Positions 1 to 8,931 of a DNA stretch of 11,125 nt are shown here, in pieces (positions within the stretch are counted from its first letter, which is position 1; each line of letters starts with the position of its first letter). The position numbers were made by a program, and so were the translations under genes. This DNA comes from Azolla caroliniana (Eukaryota; Plantae; Polypodiophyta): positions 1-11,125 of the forward strand of contig JBHGNT010001188.1 in NCBI GenBank assembly GCA_043228905.1, given 5' to 3'. The notes below the pieces were generated by a model, which saw only the letters and a program-made list of their open reading frames with translations, ran no database searches and had not been told where the DNA came from.

Positions 1-1317
1 ATGCTCCTCTCTCCACTCGAATTTACGCCCTTTCTTCAACAATCCATAGAGCGGCTCCGTGACATGGGCGTAATGCGGGATCCAGATATGGTACAACACG
101 CATGCTCCCAAGAATCTTCGGACTTCCGTGACCGAATTGCAGTCGCGCTTCATTGCGTAGATGGCCTCTACCTTGGCCGGCGACGGTTTCTGACCAAATG
201 ACCCGCATAGGTGTCCGACGACCATGATCTCCGATTGCCCGAAAGCCGATTTTTCCCCAGAGAAGGTGAGCCTTGCGCCCTCTAGTCTTTGCAACACCTT
301 CTCGCAGTCGTCGACGTGGTCCGCCACAAATTTCCGGCATCCATCCGGTCCGATTGTCTCGTCCTTATCCTCCATCGGGCATCCTTTGATCGAGATGTCG
401 TCTAAGAATGGCATGGTGATGTCCGGGATACAATCCCTTAGCACTTTGTTCATTGTATTCACCATTGCGGAAGGGTACACATCCGTACTAGGCCGAGAGG
501 AGTCCGCATCGTCGTAATGTCCCTGCTCTCCACGGCTAGCTGGAACTGATCGTATCCCGAGTACAAATCACCGACCGAGTAAATTAACCTTCCGACAAAG
601 GCCTCCGCGAACTTGTCTATGGTCAGTCCGATTCCTACATTCCGAATGGTCACCTTGTTGACCGGTTGCAGGTCTTGAATGAAGCGCAACATGTCGTTCT
701 TCTTGGGCACAGTAAACCACCGATTAGAATACGGGGCACTCGACGGTTCGAGGATGCCCATATCCACCTTCTGTTTTAGCAGCTCCATCAGCTTCGGGAT
801 GTGAGCTTTGGGTACTGGAATCGGTTTGAGCTTCCACAGTGTCGCGAAAATACGATGAGGATACATGAACTTTGAGGCAAGACTCCGGGGCCTCCTACCG
901 GAAGATATCAAATTCGTATGTTTATATTAAATAATTAATGGAAAATGAGAAAGATTGACAAATTTCATTAACAAATAGAAAGAAAAATTACAACGGTACA
1001 TACAGTACCGTGAAGATCACCATTGGTTCTACCATCGTCGGGTCTACACACCCGATCTCCTCCGGCAAGAATGCGAAGGCCTTCCCGTGCCTCCCGTGCA
1101 TTCTCCGAAATCGGTCCTCTTCCGCCGGCAGTAGAAAGCCACCCCCACCAACCTTGAGCTCTCGTAGCGTTATGTCAGTGAACCGGTGTCCTATGCTGGC
1201 CAGATCTCGTAAACTCGGGTCCGACGCGACCCCTTTCATTCGTAACTCGCTGCCCTCCAGCAAGGGTGCCACGACTGGCCTCACCTTCCAGTCCACAATC
1301 TTGTACTTTGTATCCAC
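1..1317 (-). pseudogene. pol: Gypsy reverse transcriptase (disrupted)
   Basis: ORFs 988-1317 and 459-911 plus a manually read frame below ~465 (MVNTMNKVLRDCIPDITMPFLDDISIKGC...EVRRFLGAC...WIPHYAHVTEPLYGLLKKGRKFEW). Catalytic FLDD at 397-408. Broken by the insertion at 840-992 and a frameshifting deletion at ~466. Confidence 0.95.
840..992. mobile_element. 153-bp AT-rich insertion with TGT..ACA termini (solo-LTR/TRIM-like)
   Basis: Begins TGTCGCG and ends AATTACA. Flanked by ACAG (836-839) and ACGG (993-996), a 4-bp duplication with one transition. Removing the insert and one duplicate (157 bp) rejoins the RT frames as ...VIFTVLYVP-WKLKPIPVPK. Confidence 0.8.
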
Positions 1318-1692
1318 TCAGGCCGTTCGATCTGACTCGAGTCCTCTACCGAAGTCAGCGATGACTTCGTACATCTTTTCCGAACTTACTGGAATCGTCC
1401 GGTCTTCACTAAGGCCCTCTCCGAACACCTCCCGTAGCTTCCCCAAGGTGTCGTCGAAAGAGACCGCCTCCACGGCTCCGTTGATTTCCTCTCCGGGGCC
1501 GAGGACTCCACATGCCCTGAGTCGCTCTTCTACCCACTTCTTCTCCCGGCCAACGACGCCGACTATTGTACAACCTCCACTATCGGAGAACCAAAACTTC
1601 CTACCTATGTTACAGGTTCTTCTGCCTGCCGTACATGTGGGGTTTTCCCAGAGTGTCCGGACTATCTAGTCCCTACGCCTTGATAGCCCTCT

Positions 1693-2397
1693 CTAAAAAT
1701 CCGCTTGGCTTTCGCCGCCGAGGGTCTCTCAGTTCCGTTCATGGTTCGGTCGTACCGTCAGAAACTAGACGGAGTGACACCCGTCCTGGCTCTTGACTTG
1801 CGCGTACGCTGAACCGTTGTCCAACACCTTCGTCTCCATTCGTGCCATTGTGATGTACGGTTCTCCAAGTATCACCGGATGCGAGGATGTCTCCTGCACA
1901 AAGAAGTGTTGATTGATCTCGACATCACCGATTTTCACTCGTACATTCGGGCAGGCTTCGTGTAGCTCCTCCGTGGCGCGCGTCACCGCTCGTATTTTCC
2001 ACCCGTGTTTGGTGTTGATCGGCCACTTGCCCTTCTTGTAAAAGTCCATGGACATCAAGTTGATTTCTGAACCGTGGTCTACCAACGCCACAACCGGCTC
2101 CTGGACATCTCCGATCTTAACGGGGGTCTCCGTAGTGGCTCTGGCCCAATGTAGCCTCGAATAGTGGCTTTCTGCCAACTCGTCTTCCAGGGCCATGTCT
2201 TCTAGGTGCGTCGTTCGCACCTCCACCGACTTCTCCGGCTCCGGCTCCGTCGAAAGCCTTTTCCGCTTAACCAAGTCTATGATGGAGTCGTGAAACTCCT
2301 TCTTGGTGATCCCGAGCACTTCCCTCAACGACAACTCCACTTTGCTGTCGAGGATCCATTCCTCCAGGACCTTTCGATCTCTGTGCTCAACCGGCAA
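1693..2397 (-). pseudogene. Gypsy aspartic protease region (end of the gag-PR frame)
   Basis: VKIGDVQEPVVALVDHGSEINLMS (DHGS at 2068-2079) and the downstream PVILGEPY motif typical of retropepsins. The frame continues through two premature stops to ...ESQADF* (TAG 1693-1695). Confidence 0.88.
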
Positions 2398-3735
2398 CTG
2401 GCCTTCTTGGCTTTATCCGGTGCACCGGATGTATCGACATCATTCTGTCTCTGCCCGAACCGGGTCTCATACTGTTGCGAGGGTCCAGCCCCTCCGGTCT
2501 TTCCTGCGCGCTTGTCTTCCACCAGAACCTCGTAGTTCTGGCACGTGGCTTCCACGAAGCTCGTCTTCTCTTCGACCGGGTCACTCCACCTGGTTACCTC
2601 CCGGACCCGCCTTTCCGCACGGTCCACTTCCTCTTTCCTCAATCATACGCCGGCGAGGCCTTCTAGCATCAACGGCCAGAACCCAGAGTCCGGATTCCTA
2701 CCGACGCCGAGTAGTGGACAGTCTCCGCGTGGTGAGCCGCCGCTTCTTCCATTAGCCGCTTCATTCCCCCTCGTCCGACGTTCAGTTCTAGGGCCCTCCT
2801 GGTTTCGCTAGCGTGTACACGCCCGTTCCACAGGTACACCACGTTAGACCTTATTGCTTCGGCAAAATCCCCGCAGTCCTTCTGGGCGTGGCCGACCATG
2901 TCGCACCACAAGCACTGATGCCCGGTCTCAGGCTTGTTCGCTGTTGTCCCTCCGTGCCTGTGCAATCTGGAGGTCCCTCACCATCCAAGTCAGCTCCTGT
3001 AGAGCCGCACCTCCAGACGGGCCCTTGACCACACTGGTTGAAGTCGAGCCAGTCTCAAGCCAATCTTGGGTCACCTCCCTTCGCGCTGGTGGGGCTACCT
3101 CGAGCTTCCTTGCCGCAACAGAGCCTGCCCCCGCCAAGCCTTTATCGACCTAATCTCACCGTTTGTCGAAGGCCGCAGACTCTCTTCACCACGGCCCAGT
3201 CGGTCTCCAGCAGGAGCCCCACTTACTCCCGGTCCCTCACGTCCACCGATTTAACGAACAATAGGATACGACTTGTGTCCAGTACGGTCCGTTCCAGTGC
3301 CGAAAGACGCGCGAAGCGTTTTTCAGACTCCCGAAAAAGCACCGACGCGTTTCTCCCCTTTTCGGGGGTCTCCACCCATTCCATGAAGTCCCGCTTCGAT
3401 AGCTGAAGCGTGTCATCAAGCCCGTATTTCTCAAGGAGCCGACCTTCAAACTCCTCCTAGGTCTAGCTCTCAGCCCGTACCTCGAGCACCTCCGCATGGA
3501 TGCTCGACATTGCCACCCGAGGGAATCCGGCCAATCGCTTGTCCTCCGGAATGTCCCTCATCACCATTTCGGCTCGGTAGGCCTCCAAATAGCTCGTGAT
3601 GTCCTTTCCACCGAACCGGCCTATCGTGCCGACGATCAATTCAATGGCCCTATCGAGGGCGCCTGTGCCTTCGCGCGCATTCACTATCCGATCCACAACT
3701 GAAGCCATGGCTTCCGCAAGCTCTGATCCCCTCAT
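2325..3735 (-). pseudogene. gag: Gypsy gag (fragmented) with CCHC zinc knuckle
   Basis: ATG at 3735 just after the PBS; N-terminal RFGGKDITSYLEAY capsid-like segment; CLWCDMVGHAQKDC (CX2CX4HX4C) at 2873-2914. Split over several frames. Confidence 0.88.
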
Positions 3736-3756
3736 CTTCCTATTCCTCTGCCGCCT

Positions 3757-3774
3757 TTCACATCGGGTTCACCA
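3757..3774 (-). promoter_or_regulatory. Primer-binding site complementary to the tRNA-Trp 3' end
   Basis: Minus strand reads TGGTGAACCCGATGTGAA, 4 nt after the LTR terminal CA. Plus strand TTCACATCGGGTTCACCA differs by one base from the plant tRNA-Trp 3' end as I recall it (TTCACGTCGGGTTCACCA). Confidence 0.88.
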
Positions 3775-3886
3775 AATATGTCACGTTGTTATGCGCATGC
3801 GTATAGAACGAGGCGGGACCACAGGGGTCTTGAACCGAGGAATAACCGATCAGGAGTAGGAGCAAGAAAGACAACGACCGTGCTTC

Positions 3887-3906
3887 CACACACACACACA
3901 CACACA
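3887..3906. repeat. (CA)10 microsatellite inside the gypsy LTR
   Basis: Read directly; an imperfect (TG)/(TA) tract follows at ~3944-3968. Confidence 0.9.
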
Positions 3907-4359
3907 AATACACAGAAACCGCAATCGATTGAAACAAGACAAATGTGTGTATGTATATAAATATATATCAGATGAAAAGGGGTTACAACCGGCAGGCCGG
4001 TGGGTGACAAGCTTTGACGCCCACTCGCACACAAAAGAGTGAGATGGAGACTCTACCGGAAGCACTCGGGCGTTCCAGCTCTTGTCCGAGTTAGTGTTCT
4101 CCAACTCGTTGTTGTATGTGGGCTGGACAAGCCACTAGCACAGGATTTCCCTTTGGAACACTTCACCAAAGGGGTGGTACGGTAAGGAATGTGTAGACCG
4201 TGATACAGAATCGATCCTTTCTGGTTACTATCTGGAATGATTAACTTGATACACACGTATGATAATCACATTAAGCAAAGAACGACAAGATAAATAGTAC
4301 GTAAAGCCACAACACTTCTCTATTAATTATCCGTTGTTACTTACATTGTCTCCGGATCC

Positions 4360-4366
4360 TTTTATA
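4360..4366 (-). promoter_or_regulatory. Putative TATA box of the gypsy LTR
   Basis: Minus strand CCTATAAAAGG, ~200 bp inside the proposed LTR start and oriented towards gag. Confidence 0.6.
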
Positions 4367-4595
4367 GGTATCCAGCTGGGTTACAAACCGGTGCCAACCG
4401 GCAACCGGCTACGAACCGATTCAAATCCGGATCGGCATACCGATTTCGGGTCTGTCCGTCCGCTCTTATAATTATCATAATTTATCTAATTATAACTCCC
4501 AAAACCGGCTCCCCTTTCATACTCTGGCCTAACCGGCCAACACATGGCACGCTCGTGGGACAGTACATTGTACATCGAACCCACGGTTAGCCCCT

Positions 4596-5615
4596 TCAAT
4601 CATCCTCCAAAATGTCCAGAATGCTCTGGTCCACGGGTTCCAACGGTTCATCAGGTAGTTGCTCCATCGACTATTGTTGTTGCTCCTCCGGTTGTAGTTG
4701 ATGTTGTTGTTGTTGGTCTCCGACCTGCTCTTCCTCTCCGACTCTATCCGTTTCCGACTCCATTGGTCTCGGCGCTTCTAGCTCCGGCTCCTCCGTCCTT
4801 GTCTCCTCCTTCTACTGCACTGTGGCTTTGTCTGGCTCCTTTGGTTTGACTTCTTCTGGCTGTTCTACTCGGGCTTCATTTGGTTGGCCTCCACCGGTCC
4901 TGGCTACATTCGGTGGCTGCTTTGGAGATTGTTGTCCATCATTGATGTTAATTTCCGTCGACATTTGAGATGCTATCTGCCGTCTTCGCTCTTGTTCGTA
5001 TCACTCGAACTGGAGTTGAGTGCCAAGTTGGTCATCATACAACTATTCTACCAGCCGCCTTAAAGCCGCCAATTGTTCCCCTACCAGGGACAAGAAATCG
5101 TCTGACAACTCCTCCCGGATGGTTACAAAGCTCTCCGTATCCATCTTGTAGAAGTTGTCACCGTCCTTTCTCCGGTTTTCCGCATCCACCCACAATGTCT
5201 GTAATTCCGCCGCTTGTTGTGCCCATTTTGACCACCATTGCACTGAGCTTTCACCAATCATACTCTTTGTCCTTTCTTTCCATGCTAGCATAATGGCACG
5301 GATCCAGCTGAGCCCCATCTTGGATTTGTTCTCCACAGCCTGCTTTTCCTCCTTTAACTTCTTTATCAGGCCTGCGGTTGCCTATGCTTGCACCTCATAT
5401 TCCAAGAATTGAGTTTGATAAGTTGTCTGAACTCTGTTCAACACCATCTTTGCTCGTTCCATCTCCTCATAATGCTGTCGGGTGAGCTCCATCCGGTCCC
5501 TTGCCGCTTCTTCCAGTGCCTTTGCCATGTCGACCGTCTTGGTCCATTCTTCCGCCAATGCCTCTGTCGCCCTGTTGACTTCATTCCGGAGTTCCCCTAG
5601 CTTCTCCTATAGTGC
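4596..5615 (-). pseudogene. Decayed ORF (C-terminal ~340 codons) for a coiled-coil plus E/Q/P-rich protein; probably an accessory ORF of an older transposon
   Basis: One frame with no frameshift: EKLGELRNEVNRATEALAEEWTKTVDMAKALEEAARDRMELTRQHYEEMERAK...LIKKLKEEKQAVENKSKMGLSWIRAIMLAWKER...SILDILEDD*. Internal stops at 5607, 5382, 5043, 5001, 4812 and 4671, all compatible with CAG>TAG or CGA>TGA. Confidence 0.7.
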
Positions 5616-5616
5616 G

Positions 5617-5941
5617 TGAAACAATACGCATAACGTAGCCATAGCGGTGTGTAAACTGCGAGGCCGTTAGTATGGTATTCCTCATAAGGAATAATTTTGG
5701 GAGTTAGTGTAGTTGGCTCATTTATGAGTAGTCAAGTACTGTCAGTACTTGTGTTAGCCCAATTGTCAGGGCTTGTATAGAAGGTGCTCACTGAGCACGA
5801 TGTATGTACAAAGCATCATTATTTTGAAATAGAACTGAGTTGTCTGCTCTCTCTGTATCTCCACCTCTGTGTTTTCTGTTTTATTTCCGAACTGTGCACC
5901 CTGCGTTTATCCATATGCTTCCGCACACGTATTCCTTTACA
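5617..5941 (+). repeat. Copia 5' LTR (~290-325 bp)
   Basis: Ends TTTACA directly before the PBS. The start is uncertain: TGAAAC at 5617, where the neighbouring ORF stops looking coding, or TGTAAA at 5650, a perfect inverse of TTTACA. TATA-like TATAGAAG at 5776-5783. Confidence 0.7.
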
Positions 5942-5953
5942 TGGTATCAGAGC
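5942..5953 (+). promoter_or_regulatory. Primer-binding site for initiator tRNA-Met
   Basis: TGGTATCAGAGC, the canonical plant iMet PBS, immediately after the LTR CA. Confidence 0.95.
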
Positions 5954-6051
5954 GCGAGGGTTGAAGTCCTCTGCAGCCGACAAGAAAAGCTTGCGACAAA
6001 ACAAAGTTAAAGTTGTTTTTCGTTTTTTTTCGGAAAGAAAAAGACAACAAT

Positions 6052-6867
6052 ATGGATAGAGGTATGGGAAGCTCGCTACCGACTGAAAAGCTCGACAGGA
6101 GTAACTACGCATCTTGGTTGTACAAGATTGACCAGTACCTGCTTGGTCACGACTACTAGAGTTATGTCGAATGAGCTAATGACGTAGCACCTGATTTGAC
6201 TTGGGAACAAGCAGCAAGCAGAGTTCTCTACTACCTTGCATCTTGTGTGAGTGACCAACTATTGAGCTATATTCGGGATGCCAAGACACCAAAGGGTGCG
6301 TGGGAGAATCTCAAAAAGATTTTCGTCACAAGCACAACGGCCAGGAAGCTGCAGCTCAGGGAGGAGCTCAGCAATGTCCGACAGAAAGATCTATCTGTGC
6401 CTGATTACACGGCCCGAATCAAGGAAATCTGCGATTCTCTCGCTTCCGTTAGCATGAACATTGAGGAAGATGAAATGGTGCAAATTTTCCTTGGTGGGCT
6501 AGCGTCCAGGTTCGGAGCCTTCCGAACGACGGTCTGTACGAGGGAGAATACGCCTTCGTTCTTCGAGCTTCAGTCAATGTTGCTCATGGAGGAAAATCAC
6601 GCGGGTGCATCAACGAGTACGCACATCGACGGCAAGATGTTGTACACGGAGGAAGACATGCCCCATGGTCGTCGTGGACGAGGCGGATCGGTGTGCAATG
6701 GAGACGACCGACAAGAGCAGAACAGGCGGCATAATTGAAATGCCGATAGCAGTTCCAGACCCTCCACAAGCAGGGGGATTCATGGCGGCGCCGGAAGCTG
6801 GCAAGAGAAGGCCGCATCGAAATGCTGGTATTGTGGCAAGGAAGGCCACAAGGAGAGCGAGTGTTAG
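6052..6867 (+). pseudogene. gag: Copia gag with CCHC zinc knuckle
   Basis: ATG 6052, MDRGMGSSLPTEKLDRSNYASW...; AKTPKGAWENLKKIF; CWYCGKEGHKESEC at 6823-6864. In-frame stops at 6157, 6172, 6736 and 6865. Confidence 0.92.
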
Positions 6868-7029
6868 AAAAAGAGAGCCGATTCGGACAAAGCCGGATTG
6901 AGTGGAAGAGACACAGGAAGGCATCAAAAGTCGCACTACGTTGAGGGCCCCGAACGAGCCGGAAGTGGATCGGGCCCCGCATTTGTAATGAAGCATAAGG
7001 CCAATTCGATGGCCATGAACACCTAGAAA

Positions 7030-7380
7030 TTGAACGAGGTGTGGTATGTTGAATCCGGAGTGTCAAATCATATGACGAGTCACGAGGAATGGTTCTCGTA
7101 CTTGGAGAAATCGGAATCGCAAGGAGTGGTCGAAACCGGAGACGACACTCCGCATACCATCGAAAATGTCGGTGAAGTTCCCCTCAACCACGTCAGGCAG
7201 AAAGGGAAGCTCATGAACATGTTGCACGTCCCGAAAATAACCCAGAACCTTGTGTTGGTCGGATAGATCGTCGACCAAGTTATGCAAGTTCGATTCACGC
7301 ATCTCGGCTGCTTCATAGAAGAGTAAGGCAAAGTAATCGCGCAAGGGCGCCGTGAAGGGAGGATGTTCATCCTCGACACT
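7030..7380 (+). pseudogene. Copia protease (catalytic Asp replaced by Glu)
   Basis: WYVESGVSNHMT versus the copia consensus W.DSGA(S/T).HM; MLHVPKITQNLV; in-frame stops. Confidence 0.88.
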
Positions 7381-7431
7381 AATCAAGCCGGAACCGCATT
7401 GTATGTGAAAGGACAAAAGGTCGAATCGGAT

Positions 7432-8292
7432 ATCGACCTGTGGCACAAGTGATTCGGCCACGTAAATTTCCCAAGGCTTCGTGAGATGTAGACGAAGAAC
7501 ATTGTTTTCGGCTTGCTAAAATTTTGGGGCCATAATGGCCAAGTCTGCGAAGCCTGTCAAATGGGAAAACAACACCGACTTCCATTCCCCAATGAGTGTA
7601 ATCGTAGTCGAAGTCTGCTGTATTTGATCCATTCGGATGTGTGGGGACCGGTACAGAACGTGAGTCTCAGTGGAAGCCGTTACTTTGTAACCTTCATCGA
7701 CGACTTCACTCGGCACATGTGGGTATGCACAATCGCGAAGAAGAGCGATGTCTTCACATGTTTCCTGAAGGTGAAGAGCCTTGCGGAAAGGGAAAAAGGG
7801 CGTAAGACCAAATGCCTACGGTTCGATGGCGGGAAGGAGTACTTCTCCGACCAATTCACAAGTTATCTACAGAAGGAGGGAATTCGACGTGAATTCTCGT
7901 GTAGATACACGCCGCAGCAGAACGACGTGGCCGAGCGGAAGAATCAGACAATCGAAGAAGCGGCCAGGGCAATGCTTGAAGAGAAGCATATGCCGAAATT
8001 CTATTGGGTTGAAGCCGTGAGGATTGCTGTCTACCTACAGGATCGGACTTCTGCTAATGGAGGAGGGTCGCCACATGAATTGTATTTCAGGAAGAAGCCG
8101 AACTTGGCACACTTGAGGATTTTCGGTGGCATTGCATATGTGCATGTGCCGAAGGAAAAGAGGAGGAAGCTGGATGCCAAAGTCGAAAAGTGCATCTTAG
8201 TCGGCTATCCATACGACCATAAGGGGTATAAATGTTATCACCCCTGAATAAAGGAGGTACGCGCAAGTCGAGATGTCGTGTTCGACGAACCC
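7432..8292 (+). pseudogene. Copia integrase (HHCC plus DDE core)
   Basis: LWHK*FGH...CEACQMGKQHR; IHSDVWGP, LRFDGGKEY, PQQNDVAERKN; KLDAKVEKCILVGY...KGYKCY; SRDVVFDE. Confidence 0.95.
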
Positions 8293-8529
8293 GCTTCGTG
8301 GTACCTGCCTTCACCTCCAATACCTCACGACTCCATTCTGAATTCTAAGGAAGAAGTCAGCGAGGCCGAAATGCCTCCGCACGATGAAGAAATCGGAGCT
8401 CTGAGAGAGAGTCCGATCTCATTTCGGCTAAGTGGGCCGAATGAGGGGTTGGGCTGAAATGGCCAACCTATTGAAGAGACGGTGAGTAGTGGAGACTCGG
8501 CCATGATGTCTCCACATAAAGAACCAAGG

Positions 8530-8738
8530 AGACGGTTTACGCGCAAGGAGAAGGGTAAGAAGAAAATGCCGGAATACGACTTCGGTAGTGCCAAGTCAAA
8601 TCGAAGCGAGTGTGACTACGGGCAAACTGAAGTGACTGGAGTTTGCCCGTAGTCACACTCGCTTCGATTTGACTTGGCACTACCGAAGTCGTATTCCGGC
8701 ATTTTCTTCTTACCCTTCTCCTTGCGCGTAAACCGTCT
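8530..8738. repeat. Perfect inverted repeat with 99-bp arms and an 11-nt loop
   Basis: 8530-8628 is the exact reverse complement of 8640-8738. This explains the identical N-termini of ORF 8325-8594(-) and ORF 8674-9723(+). Confidence 0.98.
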
Positions 8739-8747
8739 TTTCGGCTA

Positions 8748-8805
8748 CTTTTCGGCTATTGTCGACCCTAAACCTCCATTGAAGAGGTCGACAGTAGCCG
8801 AAAAG
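8748..8805. repeat. Second inverted repeat with 20-bp arms (1 mismatch)
   Basis: CTTTTCGGCTATTGTCGACC (8748-8767) against GGTCGACAGTAGCCGAAAAG (8786-8805). CTTTTCGGCTA is also directly repeated at 8737-8747. Confidence 0.92.
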
Positions 8806-8931
8806 GTCGTAAAATCAAGTAATCACGAATTACGCCGATCTACTCGCCTCAAGAACCTCGTAAAGAGATACGGTTATAATGAGTACATGGCGCACCATAA
8901 TGCATACATGATGCGAGTGACGGAAGTGCGT

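Larger units (their letters stand above)
1..4562 (-). mobile_element. Degenerate Ty3/gypsy LTR retrotransposon, 5' part (LTR-PBS-gag-PR-RT); continues beyond the left edge; probably a non-chromovirus Phygy/Selgy-like lineage
   Basis: Order on the minus strand is LTR, PBS, gag with CCHC, aspartic protease, then RT directly after PR (gypsy order). RT motifs are PYSNRWFTVPKK, DLYSGYDQ, LPQ and FLDD. Multiple stops and frameshifts. The lineage is inferred from the Trp PBS and RT motif style. Confidence 0.95.
3779..4562 (-). repeat. Gypsy 5' LTR (~784 bp)
   Basis: Inner end ...CGTGACA abuts the PBS. Proposed outer end TGTCCCACG (4562) forms an imperfect terminal inverted repeat with it. Non-coding, contains a TATA box. 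The second LTR is not in the window, so the outer boundary is inferred. Confidence 0.72.

Noticed and set aside
840-992. AT-rich insert as a spliceosomal intron in RT
   Set aside because: No GT..AG pair at the boundaries on the coding (minus) strand, and a target-site duplication is present.
1010-1669. 219-aa plus-strand ORF (and other plus-strand ORFs within 1-3860)
   Set aside because: Ser/Pro-rich antisense shadows of the gypsy gag-pol frame with no independent motifs.
4386-4536. Repeated AACCGG motifs and an AT-rich quasi-palindrome in the gypsy U3
   Set aside because: Short motif clusters are common in LTR U3 regions, and no specific factor or function can be supported from sequence alone.
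4544-5412. Hydrophobic/Pro-rich plus-strand ORFs as env-like membrane proteins
   Set aside because: They are the reverse-complement reading of the E/Q/K-rich minus-strand ORF.
6012-6048. T-rich/A-rich hairpin before the copia ATG as a terminator
   Set aside because: Low-complexity pairing in a eukaryotic 5' leader with no support for function.
8674-8772. Apparent novel N-terminus of the 349-aa RT ORF, identical to that of ORF 8325-8594(-)
   Set aside because: It is a by-product of the inverted duplication and begins at a TTG; it is not a real gene start or a gene pair.
8530-8805. RT-adjacent hairpins as a retron msr/msd or DGR-type system
   Set aside because: The RT is an ordinary copia enzyme inside an LTR element, and the hairpins are local copies of flanking coding sequence.
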